This document shows positions 23,711 to 39,363 of a DNA stretch of 64,000 nt, piece by piece (position 1 is the first letter of the stretch; every line of letters starts with the position of its first letter). The notes under the pieces are model-generated. The model saw nothing but the letters and a program-made list of their open reading frames with translations, was not told where the DNA came from and searched no databases. Origin of the DNA: Anaeromyxobacteraceae bacterium (GTDB lineage: Bacteria > Myxococcota > Myxococcia > Myxococcales > Anaeromyxobacteraceae); assembly GCA_047602405.1 (NCBI GenBank), contig JASGHJ010000002.1, positions 1,760,001 through 1,824,000 of the forward strand, written 5' to 3'. Both the position numbers and the translations under genes were made by a program.

Positions 23711-24322
23711 CTACAGAAGGGGCACGAACCGGACGGCCAGGAGGTCGGTGGAGGTGAGCGTCCCGTCGGCGGCGCGGTCCACCCGCCGGAGCACCTGCGA
23801 GCCCTCGTCCGGGCCGACGGGGAGGAGCATCCGGCCCCCCGGCGCGAGCTGGGCCTCGAGGGCCGCGGGCACCGCGGTGGCCGCGGCGGTGACGAGGATG
23901 CGGTCGAAGGGCGCCGCCTCCGGCCAGCCGCGTGCGCCGTCGCCCTCGGCGAGCTCGACGTTGGCGAGGTGGAGCTCCTCGAGGAGCAGCGCCCGCGCCC
24001 GCTCCGCGAGCGGCCCGAGCCGTTCCACCGACCAGACGCGCGCGGCGAGGCGCGCGAGCACCGCGGTCTGGTAGCCGGACCCCGTGCCCACCTCGAGCAC
24101 CCGCTCCAGCCCCGTGAGGCCGAGCTGCTCGGTCATGTACGCGACGACGAACGGCTGGGAGATGGTCTGGCCGAGGCCGATGGGGAGCGGCCGGTCGAGG
24201 TCGGCTTCGCCGCGCAGCCGGCCGGGCACGAACCGCTCGCGCGGGACCTCGGCCATGGCCCGGAGGACCGCGGGGTCGCGGATCCCCTTCGCCCCCAGCT
24301 CCCGTGCGAGCGCCTCGCTCAC
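23711..24322 (-). CDS. pcm: Protein-L-isoaspartate O-methyltransferase
   Basis: GQTISQP, VLEVGTGSGYQ, APFDRILVTAA and VRFVPL. Confidence 0.95.
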   Translation of the reverse strand: MSEALARELGAKGIRDPAVLRAMAEVPRERFVPGRLRGEADLDRPLPIGLGQTISQPFVVAYMTEQLGLTGLERVLEVGTGSGYQTAVLARLAARVWSVERLGPLAERARALLLEELHLANVELAEGDGARGWPEAAPFDRILVTAAATAVPAALEAQLAPGGRMLLPVGPDEGSQVLRRVDRAADGTLTSTDLLAVRFVPLL

Positions 24323-24331
24323 GCCGGGATC

Positions 24332-26958
24332 TTACCCGACCTGCGCGAGCGAGAGCCGCTCCTTCCAGCGGGTCTCCACCGCCTCCCGTGCGGCGCGATG
24401 CCCGGGGGCCTCGAGCCGCGGGTCGGCCTCCAGGAGCCCGAACGCGTCCTCGCGCGCCTCCTCCAGGATCGCCTCGTCGCGGTACAGGTCGGCGACGTCG
24501 AGGATGGGCTGGCCGGACTGCCGCGTGCCGAGGAGCTCGCCGTGGCCGCGGATCTGGAGGTCCACCCGGGCGATCTCGAAGCCGTCCTGGGTGCGCTCCA
24601 TGGCCTTCAGGCGCTCGCGCGCCTCCTGCCCCGCCTTCTTCGCCACGAGCAGGCAGAAGCTCTTCGCGGCGCCGCGCCCCACCCGGCCGCGCAGCTGGTG
24701 CAGCTGCGAGAGCCCGAAGCGCTCGGCGTGCTCCACGATCATCACGCTCGCGTTCGGCACGTCGACGCCGACCTCGATGACCGTCGTCGCGACGAGGAGC
24801 CTCGTCTGGCCCGCCCGGAAGCGGTCCATCACCGCCTGCTTCTCGTCGGCCTTCATGCGCCCGTGGAGGAGCCCCACCTCGACGCCCGGGAACGCCCGGC
24901 GGAGTGCCTCGGCGCCGCTGGTCGCGTCGGCGAGGTCGCTCTTCTCCGACTCCTCGACGAGCGGGTAGACGACGTAGACCTGCCGGCCGGCGGCGAGCTC
25001 CTTCCTCGCGACCTCGAGCGCCATCCGCCGCTGGCCGTCCGGGAAGAGCCGCGTCTCGACCGGCGTGCGCCCCGGGGGCAGCTCGTCGATCTTGGACTGG
25101 TCGAGGTCGCCGTAGAACGCGAGCGCGAGCGTGCGGGGGATGGGGGTCGCGGTCATCACGAGGACGTCGGGCCGCTTCCCCTTCGAGATGAGCCGCGCGC
25201 GCTGCAGCACGCCGAAGCGGTGCTGCTCGTCGACGACCACGATGCCGAGCTTCTCGAAGCCGACGACGTCCTCGAGGAGCGCGTGGGTGCCGACCGCGAT
25301 GCGGGCGCGCCCGTCGGCGACCGCGGCCCGGGCCTCCTTCTGGCCCTTGCCGCGGGCGGAGGCCCCGACGAGCGCGATCTGCACGCCGGTGCCCTCGAGC
25401 CAGCGGGCGAGCGTCCGGGCGTGCTGCTCGGCCAGGATCTCGGTGGGCACCATGAGCGCCGCCTGCCAGCCGGACCGAACCGCGAGCATCATCGCGGCGA
25501 AGGCGACCGCGGTCTTGCCGCTGCCGACGTCGCCCTGGAGCAGCCGGTTCATGGGCTCCCGCCGGCCCATGTCCTTCGCGATCTCCCCGAGGACGCGGCG
25601 CTGGGCGCGGGTGAGCTCGAACGGCAGGCGCGCGGTGGCGCGCCCGAGCGCCTCCGGGCCGGCCTCGAAGGCGATCCCGGCCTCCGCGCGGACGCCCTGG
25701 CGGCGCAGCCCGAGCGCGAGCTGCAGGAAGAAGACTCCTCGTAGGCGAGCCGCCGGAAACCCGGCGTCGCCCGGGCGGCGGCGGCGAGGGGGTCCGTGCC
25801 GGGCGACGGGAAGTGGGCCTCCTTCACGGCGAGCCCGCGGCCCGGCAGGCCGCGCTTCGCGCGGAGCTCGGGCGGGAGGTCGTCCACGAGCGCGGGCGCG
25901 AACTCGTCGACGAGCCGCTTCATCATCCGCCGCAGCGCGGGGTGCTGGTAGTCGGCGGGCCCGGGGTAGATGGGCACGATGCGGCCGAAGCTCGCCGAGT
26001 CGCCGGCCTGGACCTTCTCGATCTCCGGCTGGGACATCTGCTTCCTGCCGCCGAAGCCCTCGGTGACCTTGCCCCACGCGAGGAGCACGTCGCCGGCCGC
26101 GAACTGCTTCAGCCGCCAGGTGGGCGGGTTGAAGAAGACGAGCTTCAGCGCGCCGGAGGCGTCGGTCGCGGTGACCTCGAGGAGCGGGCGCCCGTTCCGC
26201 ATGCGCTGCGTGCGGGAGCCCCGCACGGTGAGGTGGACGATGCCCTCGTCGCCCGGCTTCAGGTCGGCGACCCGGCGCACGTGCGTGCGGTCCTGGTAGG
26301 CGCGCGGCCAGAACTCGAGCGCGTCGGCCACCGTGCGTCGCCCGCGGTCCTCGAGGTTCCCGCGGGTGGCCTGGTGGAACCTCAGCGTGTCGAGCGTGAC
26401 CGAGAGGGCGCGGCGGCGGGCGGCGCGCTCCTTCGGGTCCGCGGGGTCCGGGAGGGGGCTGAAGGGGGCGTCGGGCCTGGCGGGCAGCTCCGGCTCCGGG
26501 GTGGGCTTCGACTCCGGGGCGGGCTTCGACTCCGGCCCGACCCCGCTGCGCGGGTCGGGCCTACGCTCAGCCTGAGCGGTGGAGGAAGGGAACGAGCCGG
26601 GAACGGGCTCCTTCGCCTCGATCCGGCCCGCCCTCGCCACCGCCTGGACCTCCGGTGGGACCGGGATGAGCGCGGCGAGTGCGCCGGCGATCGTGGCGAG
26701 GGAGCGCCTCTGACCGTCGAGGGGCAAGGCCTCGAACCCCTCGGCCTCCGCCGCGAGCCGGCGCAGGGCCGCGGAGTCGGGCGCCCCGGCGGCGCGCGCG
26801 CGGACGACCGCGTCGCCGAGCAGCTTCCCGAAGCCCTTCAGGCGCGCCAGCCCGGCGAAGTTGTCCTTCACCGCGAAGCGCAGCGGGCGGACCACGCCCT
26901 CGAGCACCGCGGCGGCGGCCGCCGCGGGCGAGGCGCTGGGCGGGGTGGGTGGCGGCAT
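24332..26958 (-). CDS. recG: ATP-dependent DNA helicase RecG (apparent 1-nt deletion at about 25733; likely original start GTG at 28890-28888, separated by the intron)
   Basis: Wedge/OB region, RLLQGDVGSGKT, DEQHRFG, MTATPIPRTL and QLHQLRGRVGRG. Confidence 0.95.
26503..26579 (+). repeat. REP-like element inserted in frame in the RecG linker
   Basis: GGGCTTCGACTCC-ggcccgaccc..gggtcgggcc-TACGCTCAGCCTGAGCGG, with its head duplicated at 26503-26517. Same consensus as the copies at 10865 and 51882. Confidence 0.8.
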
Positions 26959-28887
26959 TGGTCGATCCTGGCGCAGTACCGGCCGTTAGGCCAGCCTGGT
27001 TCCAGGGCCTCCTTTCAAACCGTGCGTGCGGGTTTCCCGCACACGGCTTAACGATGGTCTTCGCGCGGCAGCTTGCGCGGGGTAGCGGACGCGGCCCATG
27101 CAGCGGTGCAGGCCAAGCTCGAAGAGACGTTCGAAGGGCCAAGCCTCGTACTGATAGCGAGTCCGCTGACCACCGCGCCGATGGAGCCAGCGCGTGATCC
27201 GTTCGTGCACGTACCAGTCGACGCGGTTGAACTCCCGATCCGCTGTTCCGGTCCGGAAGTAGTTGGCCCAGCCCCGGATGACGGGGTTCACGGACGCGAT
27301 GACCTCCTTCACGTCCTTCGCCCCGCTCCTGCGCACGTCCGTCAGCTCGTGGACGCGCTCGCGGACGCGGGTCATCGCCTTCGGTGAGGGCCAGCGGTGC
27401 ATGTAGTGCCGGTCGGGGCGCCGCTGGATGCTGCGCCGCTTCCGGTTCACGCACCCGAGGAAGGTGAAGCCTTCCTTTCCTCGCCTCAGATCGACGATCC
27501 GCGTCTTCTCCGGGTGCAGCGTCAGGCCGAGGCGCGCCATGATGAGCTCGACGCGCCGCCTCGCCTCGTTCACCTTCGACTCCGTCCCACACATCACGAC
27601 GAAGTCGTCGGCGTACCGCACCAGGACGCCGAGGTGCTTGCACCTCTGCGCCCAGATCCGGTCGAGCTCGTGCAGGTAGACGTTGGCGAGCAGCGGCGAG
27701 ATCACTCCACCCTGTGGCGTTCCCGCCACGGGGTTTCTCACCGTGCCCTCCTCCATCACCCCGGCCTCCAGCCACTTCCGCAGGAGCTTCAGCACCCTGC
27801 GGTCCGAGATCCGCTCCGCCACCATCGCCATCAGCTTCTGCTGGTCGATGCTGTCGAAGTACGCCTTGATGTCGGCGTCGAGCACGAAGTTGTGACCCTG
27901 GTTGCCAGCCTCGCGGATGGCCTCCAGCGCCTGCGTCGCGCTCCGCTTCGGCCGGAACCCGTAGCTCGACGACAGGAAGTCGGCCTCGAAGATCGGCTCG
28001 AGCACCAACTTCGCAGCCATCTGCGCCACGCGATCCCGCACCGTCGGGATCCCGAGCGGCCGCTGCTTTCCGTCTGCCTTCGGGATGTACCGCCGCCTCA
28101 CCGGGAGGGGGCGGTATTCGCCTGCCAGGAGATCGGCCTGGATCCCTTCGAGGAACGCCTCGACTCCGCTCTCCTCGATGGCCCGGATGGACTCGCCGTC
28201 CACCCCTGCCGCGCCTCCGTTGCTGCGCACCCGCTTCCACGCTTCCCGCAGGACGTCACCCCTGCAGATCCGGTCGTACAATGCGTGAAAGCGCCGCGTG
28301 CTGCTCCGCTTGGCGGCCACGTAAAGCCGGCGCTGGAGTTCTCGCACTTTGTCGATGGGGGTGTTGGGCCTCACGGCCATGCCCTCGCGCTTACCCCCAG
28401 TGCCGACGCGACCAAAGCAGGGCCCCTTCCCTCCGCGCGGTTATCCCGCGCCTCACCGGTACTACGGGCCCCTCGGACTCCCTTCCGGCTCCTCGCGCTT
28501 TCGACTCCCGTCTTATGCGCTCGGTCTCTGCCCGACGCGGGCTGCCGGCGAGGGTCTCTCGTGTTCCACACCGATCCTTCGCGACGTGCCGCCGCCCCTA
28601 CCCCGGGGAGCCCCAGCGTCCGTTCCGGACCAAGGACGCTGTGCATCGCCTTCGCCGTGGCATGACCGGCTCGGCGCTCCCGAACACCTTTCGGCTGAGG
28701 ATTTGTCGAGGCTGAAGCGTTCACCTTGTTGCGGCCCGCCGCTTCGCTTCCTCCGTACGTGAGGCTTTCGACGCACCGCTCGGCATGCCCGGTCTCCCGG
28801 ACAAGCTGGTGCCTGCTTCCGGGCTCTCCGGCGATTACCCGGACCGGACTCTCACCGGCTGGATTCGGTGCAGCTTCCACGACGCAC
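26956..28887 (-). mobile_element. Group II intron (IIB-like, bacterial class E/F-type) inserted after the recG start codon
   Basis: 5' end GTGCG at 28887; d3/EBS1 hairpin at 28654-28670; D3; D5 AAGCCGTGTGCGGGAAACCCGCACGCACGGTTTG at 27016-27049 (AGC triad); D6 ending GACCAATG; RT ORF in D4. Confidence 0.92.
26986..28380 (-). CDS. ltrA: Group II intron reverse transcriptase/maturase (no HNH endonuclease domain)
   Basis: [61 protein letters not shown] and X-domain GWANYF. The ORF runs through D5 into D6. Confidence 0.96.
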   Translation of the reverse strand: MAVRPNTPIDKVRELQRRLYVAAKRSSTRRFHALYDRICRGDVLREAWKRVRSNGGAAGVDGESIRAIEESGVEAFLEGIQADLLAGEYRPLPVRRRYIPKADGKQRPLGIPTVRDRVAQMAAKLVLEPIFEADFLSSSYGFRPKRSATQALEAIREAGNQGHNFVLDADIKAYFDSIDQQKLMAMVAERISDRRVLKLLRKWLEAGVMEEGTVRNPVAGTPQGGVISPLLANVYLHELDRIWAQRCKHLGVLVRYADDFVVMCGTESKVNEARRRVELIMARLGLTLHPEKTRIVDLRRGKEGFTFLGCVNRKRRSIQRRPDRHYMHRWPSPKAMTRVRERVHELTDVRRSGAKDVKEVIASVNPVIRGWANYFRTGTADREFNRVDWYVHERITRWLHRRGGQRTRYQYEAWPFERLFELGLHRCMGRVRYPAQAAARRPSLSRVRETRTHGLKGGPGTRLA

Positions 28888-28907
28888 CACGCCGGGATCC
28901 TACCGGC

Positions 28908-29410
28908 TCACTCCGACTCTGCGACCTCGTCCTCGACGAACGCGATGGACTTGATCGCGTACTCCCGCTGCCCGCCGGGGGTGCGCACGGTCACCGCGTC
29001 GCCCTCCTCGCGGCCGATGAGCGCCCGTGCGATCGGGCTCGTGACCGAGATGCGGCCGAGCTTCAGGTCGGCCTCGATCTCCCCCACGATGCGGTAGGTG
29101 ACCTCGTCGCCCGAGTCGGTGTCCTCGAGCTCGACCGTGGCGCCGAACACGACGCGGTCGCCGGCGACCTTCGTCACGTCGATGACCTCGGCCGAGGCGA
29201 TCGAGTGCTCGACCTGGAGGATGCGGCCCTCGACGTGGGACTGCTTCTCCTTCGCCGCGTGGTACTCGGCGTTCTCGGAGAGGTCCCCGTGGGAGCGCGC
29301 CTCGGCGATCTCCTTCACGATTCTTGGGGCGCTCCACGGCCTTGAGCCGCTTGAGCTCTTCCTTCAGGCGGGAGAGCCCGCTTCTTCGTCATCGGGACGC
29401 GATCGGACAT
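28908..29410 (-). CDS. greA: Transcription elongation factor GreA (apparent indels at about 29320 and 29382)
   Basis: MSDRVPMT..., [14 protein letters not shown] and [13 protein letters not shown]. Confidence 0.93.
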
Positions 29411-29491
29411 CGGTTACCGGCCTTGTGATTGGTGAGGCGCTGAAAGTGAGCGGCCGGTCCGGGGAACCCGGAACGGCCGCTGCTGTCGCCT

Positions 29492-29516
29492 TCAGTAAAG
29501 CGTACGGGACGCCCTG

Positions 29517-29520
<4 letters not shown>
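29492..29520 (-). promoter_or_regulatory. Candidate sigma70 promoter for greA
   Basis: TTGACA-N17-TACTGA, overlapping the carB stop. Confidence 0.5.
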
Positions 29521-32758
<3,238 letters not shown>

Positions 32759-32820
32759 TGGGGCCGGGAATCTAGCACGCCGGTCCGACCGTGCCAGCGG
32801 CTCCTTCGCCCCGGCCGCCC

Positions 32821-33274
32821 CTAGCCGCCGAGCTTCTCGGCGGCCTCCTTCTCGCGGGCCGCACCGAGCGCCTCGAGGAGCTTCTTCGCCTTGGGGAAGT
32901 TCTCGAGGAGGAGCGCCACCACGGGCAGGGGGAAGACCACCGCCGTGAGCTCCGTCCGGGCCACGAGCGACCAGGCCCGCCCGCTCCCGAGGAACGCCCC
33001 GGCGCCGTGGAACCCGCCGCGCTCCAGGTGGGCCAGCTCGACGGGGCCCGCCGGCGACCCGACCCGCACCGAATCCCGCCCCGTCGACCACCAGGACGAG
33101 CTGCTGATCGTCGCCCTCGGGGGACACGACCTCGCCCGCCTCCCAGGTCGCCGCGCGGGCGACCTTGAGCAGGTCCGCCCGGGCGTCGGGATCGAGGGAG
33201 CGGAAGACGAGGCTCGCCTCGACGAAGGCCGTCGTGGCGAGGTCGCCCCAGACTTCCCGGGCCGGGCTGGCCAT
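32821..33274 (-). CDS. Stand-alone cyclic-nucleotide-binding domain protein (apparent indel at about 33073)
   Basis: LVFRSLD...WEAGEVV...LVLVVDG/SVRV...[12 protein letters not shown]; cNMP-fold pattern with a degenerate phosphate-binding cassette. Confidence 0.75.
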
Positions 33275-33307
33275 GCCCCGGAGGCTAGCATAGGGTCGAG
33301 GGCTTCT

Positions 33308-34024
33308 ATGAACCTTGGCATCGTGCTCGCGGTCGGAATGGTGGTCGTGCAGGAGCAGGAACCGGTGCAGGTGCCGAAGCAGGAGCCGGTTCAGGTGCCG
33401 GTTCAGGAGCAGGTGCAGAAGCAGCCCGGGCAGGATCGGGAGCCGGAGCAGGGTTCCAGGCCGGTCCCGGAACCGAAGCCCGCGCCGCCCGCTACCACCG
33501 CCCCTGCCGCTCCTCCTGTCCGTCGCCCTGCCGCTCCCGCTGCAGCTTCTGCTCCCCCTGCCGCTTCCGCTGCACCACCTGCCCCTGCTCGCGTTCCTGT
33601 TCCTGCACCGGCTCCCGTTCCTGCACCGGCTCCTGCTCCTGCCCGACCCGACCGCGAGCTCGCCGCCCGCGCCGCCCTCGCGTTCCTGGACGCCCTCGTG
33701 GCCGCCGATCCGGTCGCCCTGACCGCCGCGAGCGCGTCCCCCTTCAGCTTCGATGGCGACGTGCGCATCGGCCCCGACGCGGTCCGCCGGGCCTGGCGCG
33801 AGGCCCTCGCGGCGCGCCGGCCCTCGGCCCCCGATCGCCTCGACGACCTCGAGCTCCTCACCGTCGCCGAGGCCACCCAGCGACTGGGCGCCGCGCCCGC
33901 ACGGATCGCGCCCCTGGCCCAGCGCAGCGCCTGGATCGCGATCGCGAACGTGTCGGGGCGCCCGGTCGTCCTCTTCCTCGCCCGGGAGGGCGGGAAGGTG
34001 GTGGTGAGCGGGATGCACGACTGA
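33308..34024 (+). CDS. Hypothetical exported protein with a Q/E/P/V- and P/A-rich low-complexity N-terminal half
   Basis: Hydrophobic start, repeats, then a globular NTF2-like-looking C-terminal domain ([10 protein letters not shown]...PFSFDG...VRRAW). Confidence 0.7.
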   Translation: MNLGIVLAVGMVVVQEQEPVQVPKQEPVQVPVQEQVQKQPGQDREPEQGSRPVPEPKPAPPATTAPAAPPVRRPAAPAAASAPPAASAAPPAPARVPVPAPAPVPAPAPAPARPDRELAARAALAFLDALVAADPVALTAASASPFSFDGDVRIGPDAVRRAWREALAARRPSAPDRLDDLELLTVAEATQRLGAAPARIAPLAQRSAWIAIANVSGRPVVLFLAREGGKVVVSGMHD

Positions 34025-34045
34025 CCTGCGGCCCTGCGGCCGCGG

Positions 34046-35249
34046 TCAGCCCAGCGACCTCGCCATCTCGAGGATGCGGTCGCAGCCCTTGTCGATCTGC
34101 TCCATCGACGTCGCGAACGAGAGCCGCAGGTGCCCCGGCGCGCCGAACGCGCTCCCCGGGACCACCGCGACCTGGTGCCTGTCGAGGAGGAGGTCGGCGA
34201 GCGCCGAGTCGGTGCCGAGCGGCGCGGCCGCCCCGGGCGCCTTCTTGGCGAGGAGCGCGGTCACGTTCGGGAACGCGTAGAACGCGCCCGCCGGGTCGAA
34301 GCACTTCATCCCCGGCACCGCGTTCAGGCGCTCCACGATGTGCTTGCGGCGCCCGTCGAAGGTGACCCGCATCTTCTCGACCTCGGCCTCGACCCCGGGC
34401 AGCGTGAGCGCCGCGAGGGCCGCCTTCTGCGCGATGGAGGTCGCGTTCGAGGTCGAGTTGTCCTGGAGCTTCTGCATCGCGGCGATGAGCGGCTGCGGCG
34501 CGGCCGTCCAGCCGATGCGCCAGCCGGTCATCGAGAAGGTCTTCGAGGCGCCGTTCACGAGCGCGACCTGGCCGCGCAGCGACGGCTCGAGGTCGAGCAC
34601 GTTCTCGAACTTCCCGCGGTAGACGAGCTTGTCGTAGATGTCGTCGGAGACGAGGAGGACGTCCTTCCCCTTCGCGAGGCGGATGACGGTCTCGAGCGTG
34701 CGCCGCGAGAGCATGGCGCCGGTGGGGTTCGACGGGCTGTTGAGGATGACCGCCCGCGTGCGCGGCGAGAAGGCTGCCTCGATCTGCGCGTCGGACGGGT
34801 CGAAGCCCTGCTCGACGGTGGTCTCGACGACGACCGGCGTGCCGCCGGACACCCGGACCATGTCGGCGTAGCTCACCCAGTACGGCGCGAAGATGACGAC
34901 CTCGTCGCCGTCGTTCAGGAGCGCCTGGAACAGGTTGAAGAAGCGCGTGCTTGCCGCCACAGGAGACGAGCACCTCGTTCGGCGCGTACTTCAGCCGGTG
35001 GTCGCGCTCGATGGAGGCGGCGATCGCCTCGCGCAGCTCGGGGATGCCGTTCGTCGGCGTGTACTTCGTGAAGCCCTGGTCGAGCGCCTGCTTCGCCGCG
35101 TCCTTCACGATCGCGGGCGTGTCGAAGTCCGGCTCGCCGGCGCCGAACCCGACGACGTCGATGCCCTTCGACTTCATCTCCCGCGCCTTGGCGGTGATCG
35201 CGAGGGTCGGCGAGGGCTTCACGGCATCCAGGCGCTTGGCGAGCTTCAT
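34046..35249 (-). CDS. Aspartate aminotransferase (class I; apparent indel at about 34941)
   Basis: FGAGEPDFDTP, NSPSNPTG, SDDIY and SKTFSMTGWRIG. Confidence 0.93.
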
Positions 35250-35329
35250 GGTCCTCTCACGGGGGAACAGGTGGACCCGCGAGTGTACCAGAGCGTGACG
35301 CGCCGCGGCCGGAGCGATTGGCGGGTCGG

Positions 35330-35845
35330 CTACGGCGCGCGTGCGCCGGCCATCTTCTTGCGGAGGCCCTCTGCGACGTTCGGGGGAACGAGACCGGACA
35401 CGTCGCCCCCGAACTTCGCGATCTCGCGGACGAGCCGCGCCGACACGTAGAAGTAGTCCTCGCCGGTCATGACGAAGACGGCCTCGAAGTCGGGCAGGAG
35501 CTTGCGGTTCATGTTCGCGAGCTGGAACTCGTACTCGAAGTCGCTCATCGCGCGGAGGCCGCGGATGACCGTGTGCACGCCGGTCCGGCGGCAGTAGTCG
35601 ACGAGCAGCCCCTCGAACGCGTCCACCTCGACCCGAGGATCGTCCCCGAGCGCCTCGCGGATGAGCCGCTTGCGCTCCTCCACCGAGAAGAGGGGCGACT
35701 TCGCCGGGTTGTTCGCGACGGCGACGACGAGCCGGTCGAACACCTTGAGGCCGCGCTGGATGATCGCGAGGTGCCCGTTCGTGAGGGGGTCGAACGAGCC
35801 GGGGTAGATGGCGGTGCGGGCCATGTGGCGCGGAGTATCCATCAC
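35330..35845 (-). CDS. coaD: Phosphopantetheine adenylyltransferase
   Basis: [13 protein letters not shown] and [12 protein letters not shown]. Confidence 0.96.
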   Translation of the reverse strand: MMDTPRHMARTAIYPGSFDPLTNGHLAIIQRGLKVFDRLVVAVANNPAKSPLFSVEERKRLIREALGDDPRVEVDAFEGLLVDYCRRTGVHTVIRGLRAMSDFEYEFQLANMNRKLLPDFEAVFVMTGEDYFYVSARLVREIAKFGGDVSGLVPPNVAEGLRKKMAGARAP

Positions 35846-36381
35846 TCCTTCGCGTAGATCGAGATGCCCGTGCCGCCGAACTTCCGGCGGTCGACGAGCC
35901 GCAGCGGTCCGGCCTCGTCGGGGGGCGGGTGCTTCGCGTCGTGCTCGGCGATCACCCGGCCCCCGGGGGCCGCGCAGCGGCCCGCCCCCGGGAGCGCCGC
36001 CCCGGGTCCGTCCGCGTAGGGCGGATCCACGAACACCAGCGCGAACGCACCCTCCGGGAGGAGCGGCAGCACCTCCTCGACCCGCCCGCGCCGGACCTCG
36101 ACCCGATCCGAGAGGCCCAGCGCCGACGCGTTGCGCCGCACGGTCTCGGTGGCGTCCCGGTCCGCGTCGACGCAGACGGCCCGCGCGCAGCCGCGCGAGA
36201 GCGCCTCGAGGGCCAGCGCGCCGGACCCGGCGTAGAGATCGAGGACCGCGCCGCCCTCGAAGAACTGGCCGAGCACGTTGAAGACGGCCTGGCGGACCTT
36301 GTCGGAGGTCGGCCGCGTGGCGTCGCCGCGGGGCATCTCCAGGCGCCGCCCGCGGAGGGCGCCGGCCACGATCCGGCTCAT
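35842..36381 (-). CDS. rsmD: 16S rRNA m2G966 methyltransferase
   Basis: [18 protein letters not shown] and DPPY; classic position upstream of coaD. Confidence 0.93.
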   Translation of the reverse strand: MSRIVAGALRGRRLEMPRGDATRPTSDKVRQAVFNVLGQFFEGGAVLDLYAGSGALALEALSRGCARAVCVDADRDATETVRRNASALGLSDRVEVRRGRVEEVLPLLPEGAFALVFVDPPYADGPGAALPGAGRCAAPGGRVIAEHDAKHPPPDEAGPLRLVDRRKFGGTGISIYAKE

Positions 36382-37376
36382 CGCCGCGCCGACCCCAGCC
36401 GGCGCTCCAGGCTCCGGGCGATCCGCGACGCCGCGCCCGCGACCCCCAGGCGCGAGAGCAGCGCGTGGGTCTCGAGGTACGCGCGCGCCTCCAGGCGGTC
36501 GCGCGTGTCGCCGTCGAGCCGGGCGGCGGCGAGCTCGAGCCGCGTCTCCCCGCGGGGTCCGGACGCGGGGTCCCCGGGGCCTTCCGGCAGGGCGGCCTCG
36601 GCCCGCGCCTCGGCGGCGCCCCCGTCCTCGACGATGCGCACCGGGGTGGCGAGCTGGGCCTCGAGGAACGGGCCGCCGAGCGGACCGCGCCGGGCGAGGG
36701 CCGTGCCGCGGAGCGCGTCGCCGAGCCGGGCGAGCGTGGCCGCCTGGGCCGTGGCCCCCTCCCCGTCCGCGGCGGCGGGGCAGCGGACGCTGAGGATGGC
36801 GGGCGCGGCGTGGGCCCGGCGGAGCTCGTCGACGAGGGCCGGCCCGCGCGCCGCGCGGGGCCCCAGCGCCTCGAGCTCCACGATCACGTCGAGCGCGATC
36901 CCGCGCTCCAGCGCCGGGTTCGCGAGCGCGGCGAGCGTCGCGGCGCGCTCCGCCGGCGGGACCGCGGCCACGTCGACGGCGAGCTGCGTCACCCCCGCGT
37001 CGACGAGCGCCCACGCCTCGGCGAGCGCGGCCTCGAGCGCGGCGGCGTCGCCGCCCGCCGGGGCGACCTCGCCGGCGAGGAAGATTGGCAGGCCCGCCGC
37101 GATCTCGTCGGCGGCCTCCGCCACCGCGTCGAACCAGCGCGCAGGCGCCGGGGCGCCCGCCCGCAGGGCGAGCCCGAGCGGCGCGCCGAGCTCCTTCGCC
37201 GCGACGAGCGCGCCGCGGGCGACCGCGGGCACCGAGGCGCGCACGAGCGGGAGCGGGACGCCGAGCCCGCCCGCGGGGCCGAGCAGCTCGACGGTGGCGA
37301 GCGGGCAAGCCTCGCTGCGGCGCCCCAGGCGCTCGGCCACGCGGGCCGGTCGGAACGCGAGGATGGGCGTGAGCAC
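36378..37376 (-). CDS. Degenerate class II aldolase-like TIM-barrel protein
   Basis: Pattern PIFLAGE...GVTQLAVDV...GIALDV recalls class II FBA without its His ligands; coupled to rsmD. Confidence 0.55.
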   Translation of the reverse strand: MLTPILAFRPARVAERLGRRSEACPLATVELLGPAGGLGVPLPLVRASVPAVARGALVAAKELGAPLGLALRAGAPAPARWFDAVAEAADEIAAGLPIFLAGEVAPAGGDAAALEAALAEAWALVDAGVTQLAVDVAAVPPAERAATLAALANPALERGIALDVIVELEALGPRAARGPALVDELRRAHAAPAILSVRCPAAADGEGATAQAATLARLGDALRGTALARRGPLGGPFLEAQLATPVRIVEDGGAAEARAEAALPEGPGDPASGPRGETRLELAAARLDGDTRDRLEARAYLETHALLSRLGVAGAASRIARSLERRLGSARR

Positions 37377-37396
37377 GCCCTCGCTATAACACAGGG

Positions 37397-39293
<1,897 letters not shown>

Positions 39294-39363
39294 CGACCCT
39301 CCACTCTACCGCTCGCGCCGGCGTGCCGGGAGAGCAGGGATCACGGTGGGTGCGGCGCGACCC

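Noticed and set aside
26986..28380. RT as a retron, DGR or defence RT
   Set aside because: It has a maturase X domain and sits within recognisable intron domains (GTGCG, D3, D5, D6). No TR/VR pair or msr-msd was seen.
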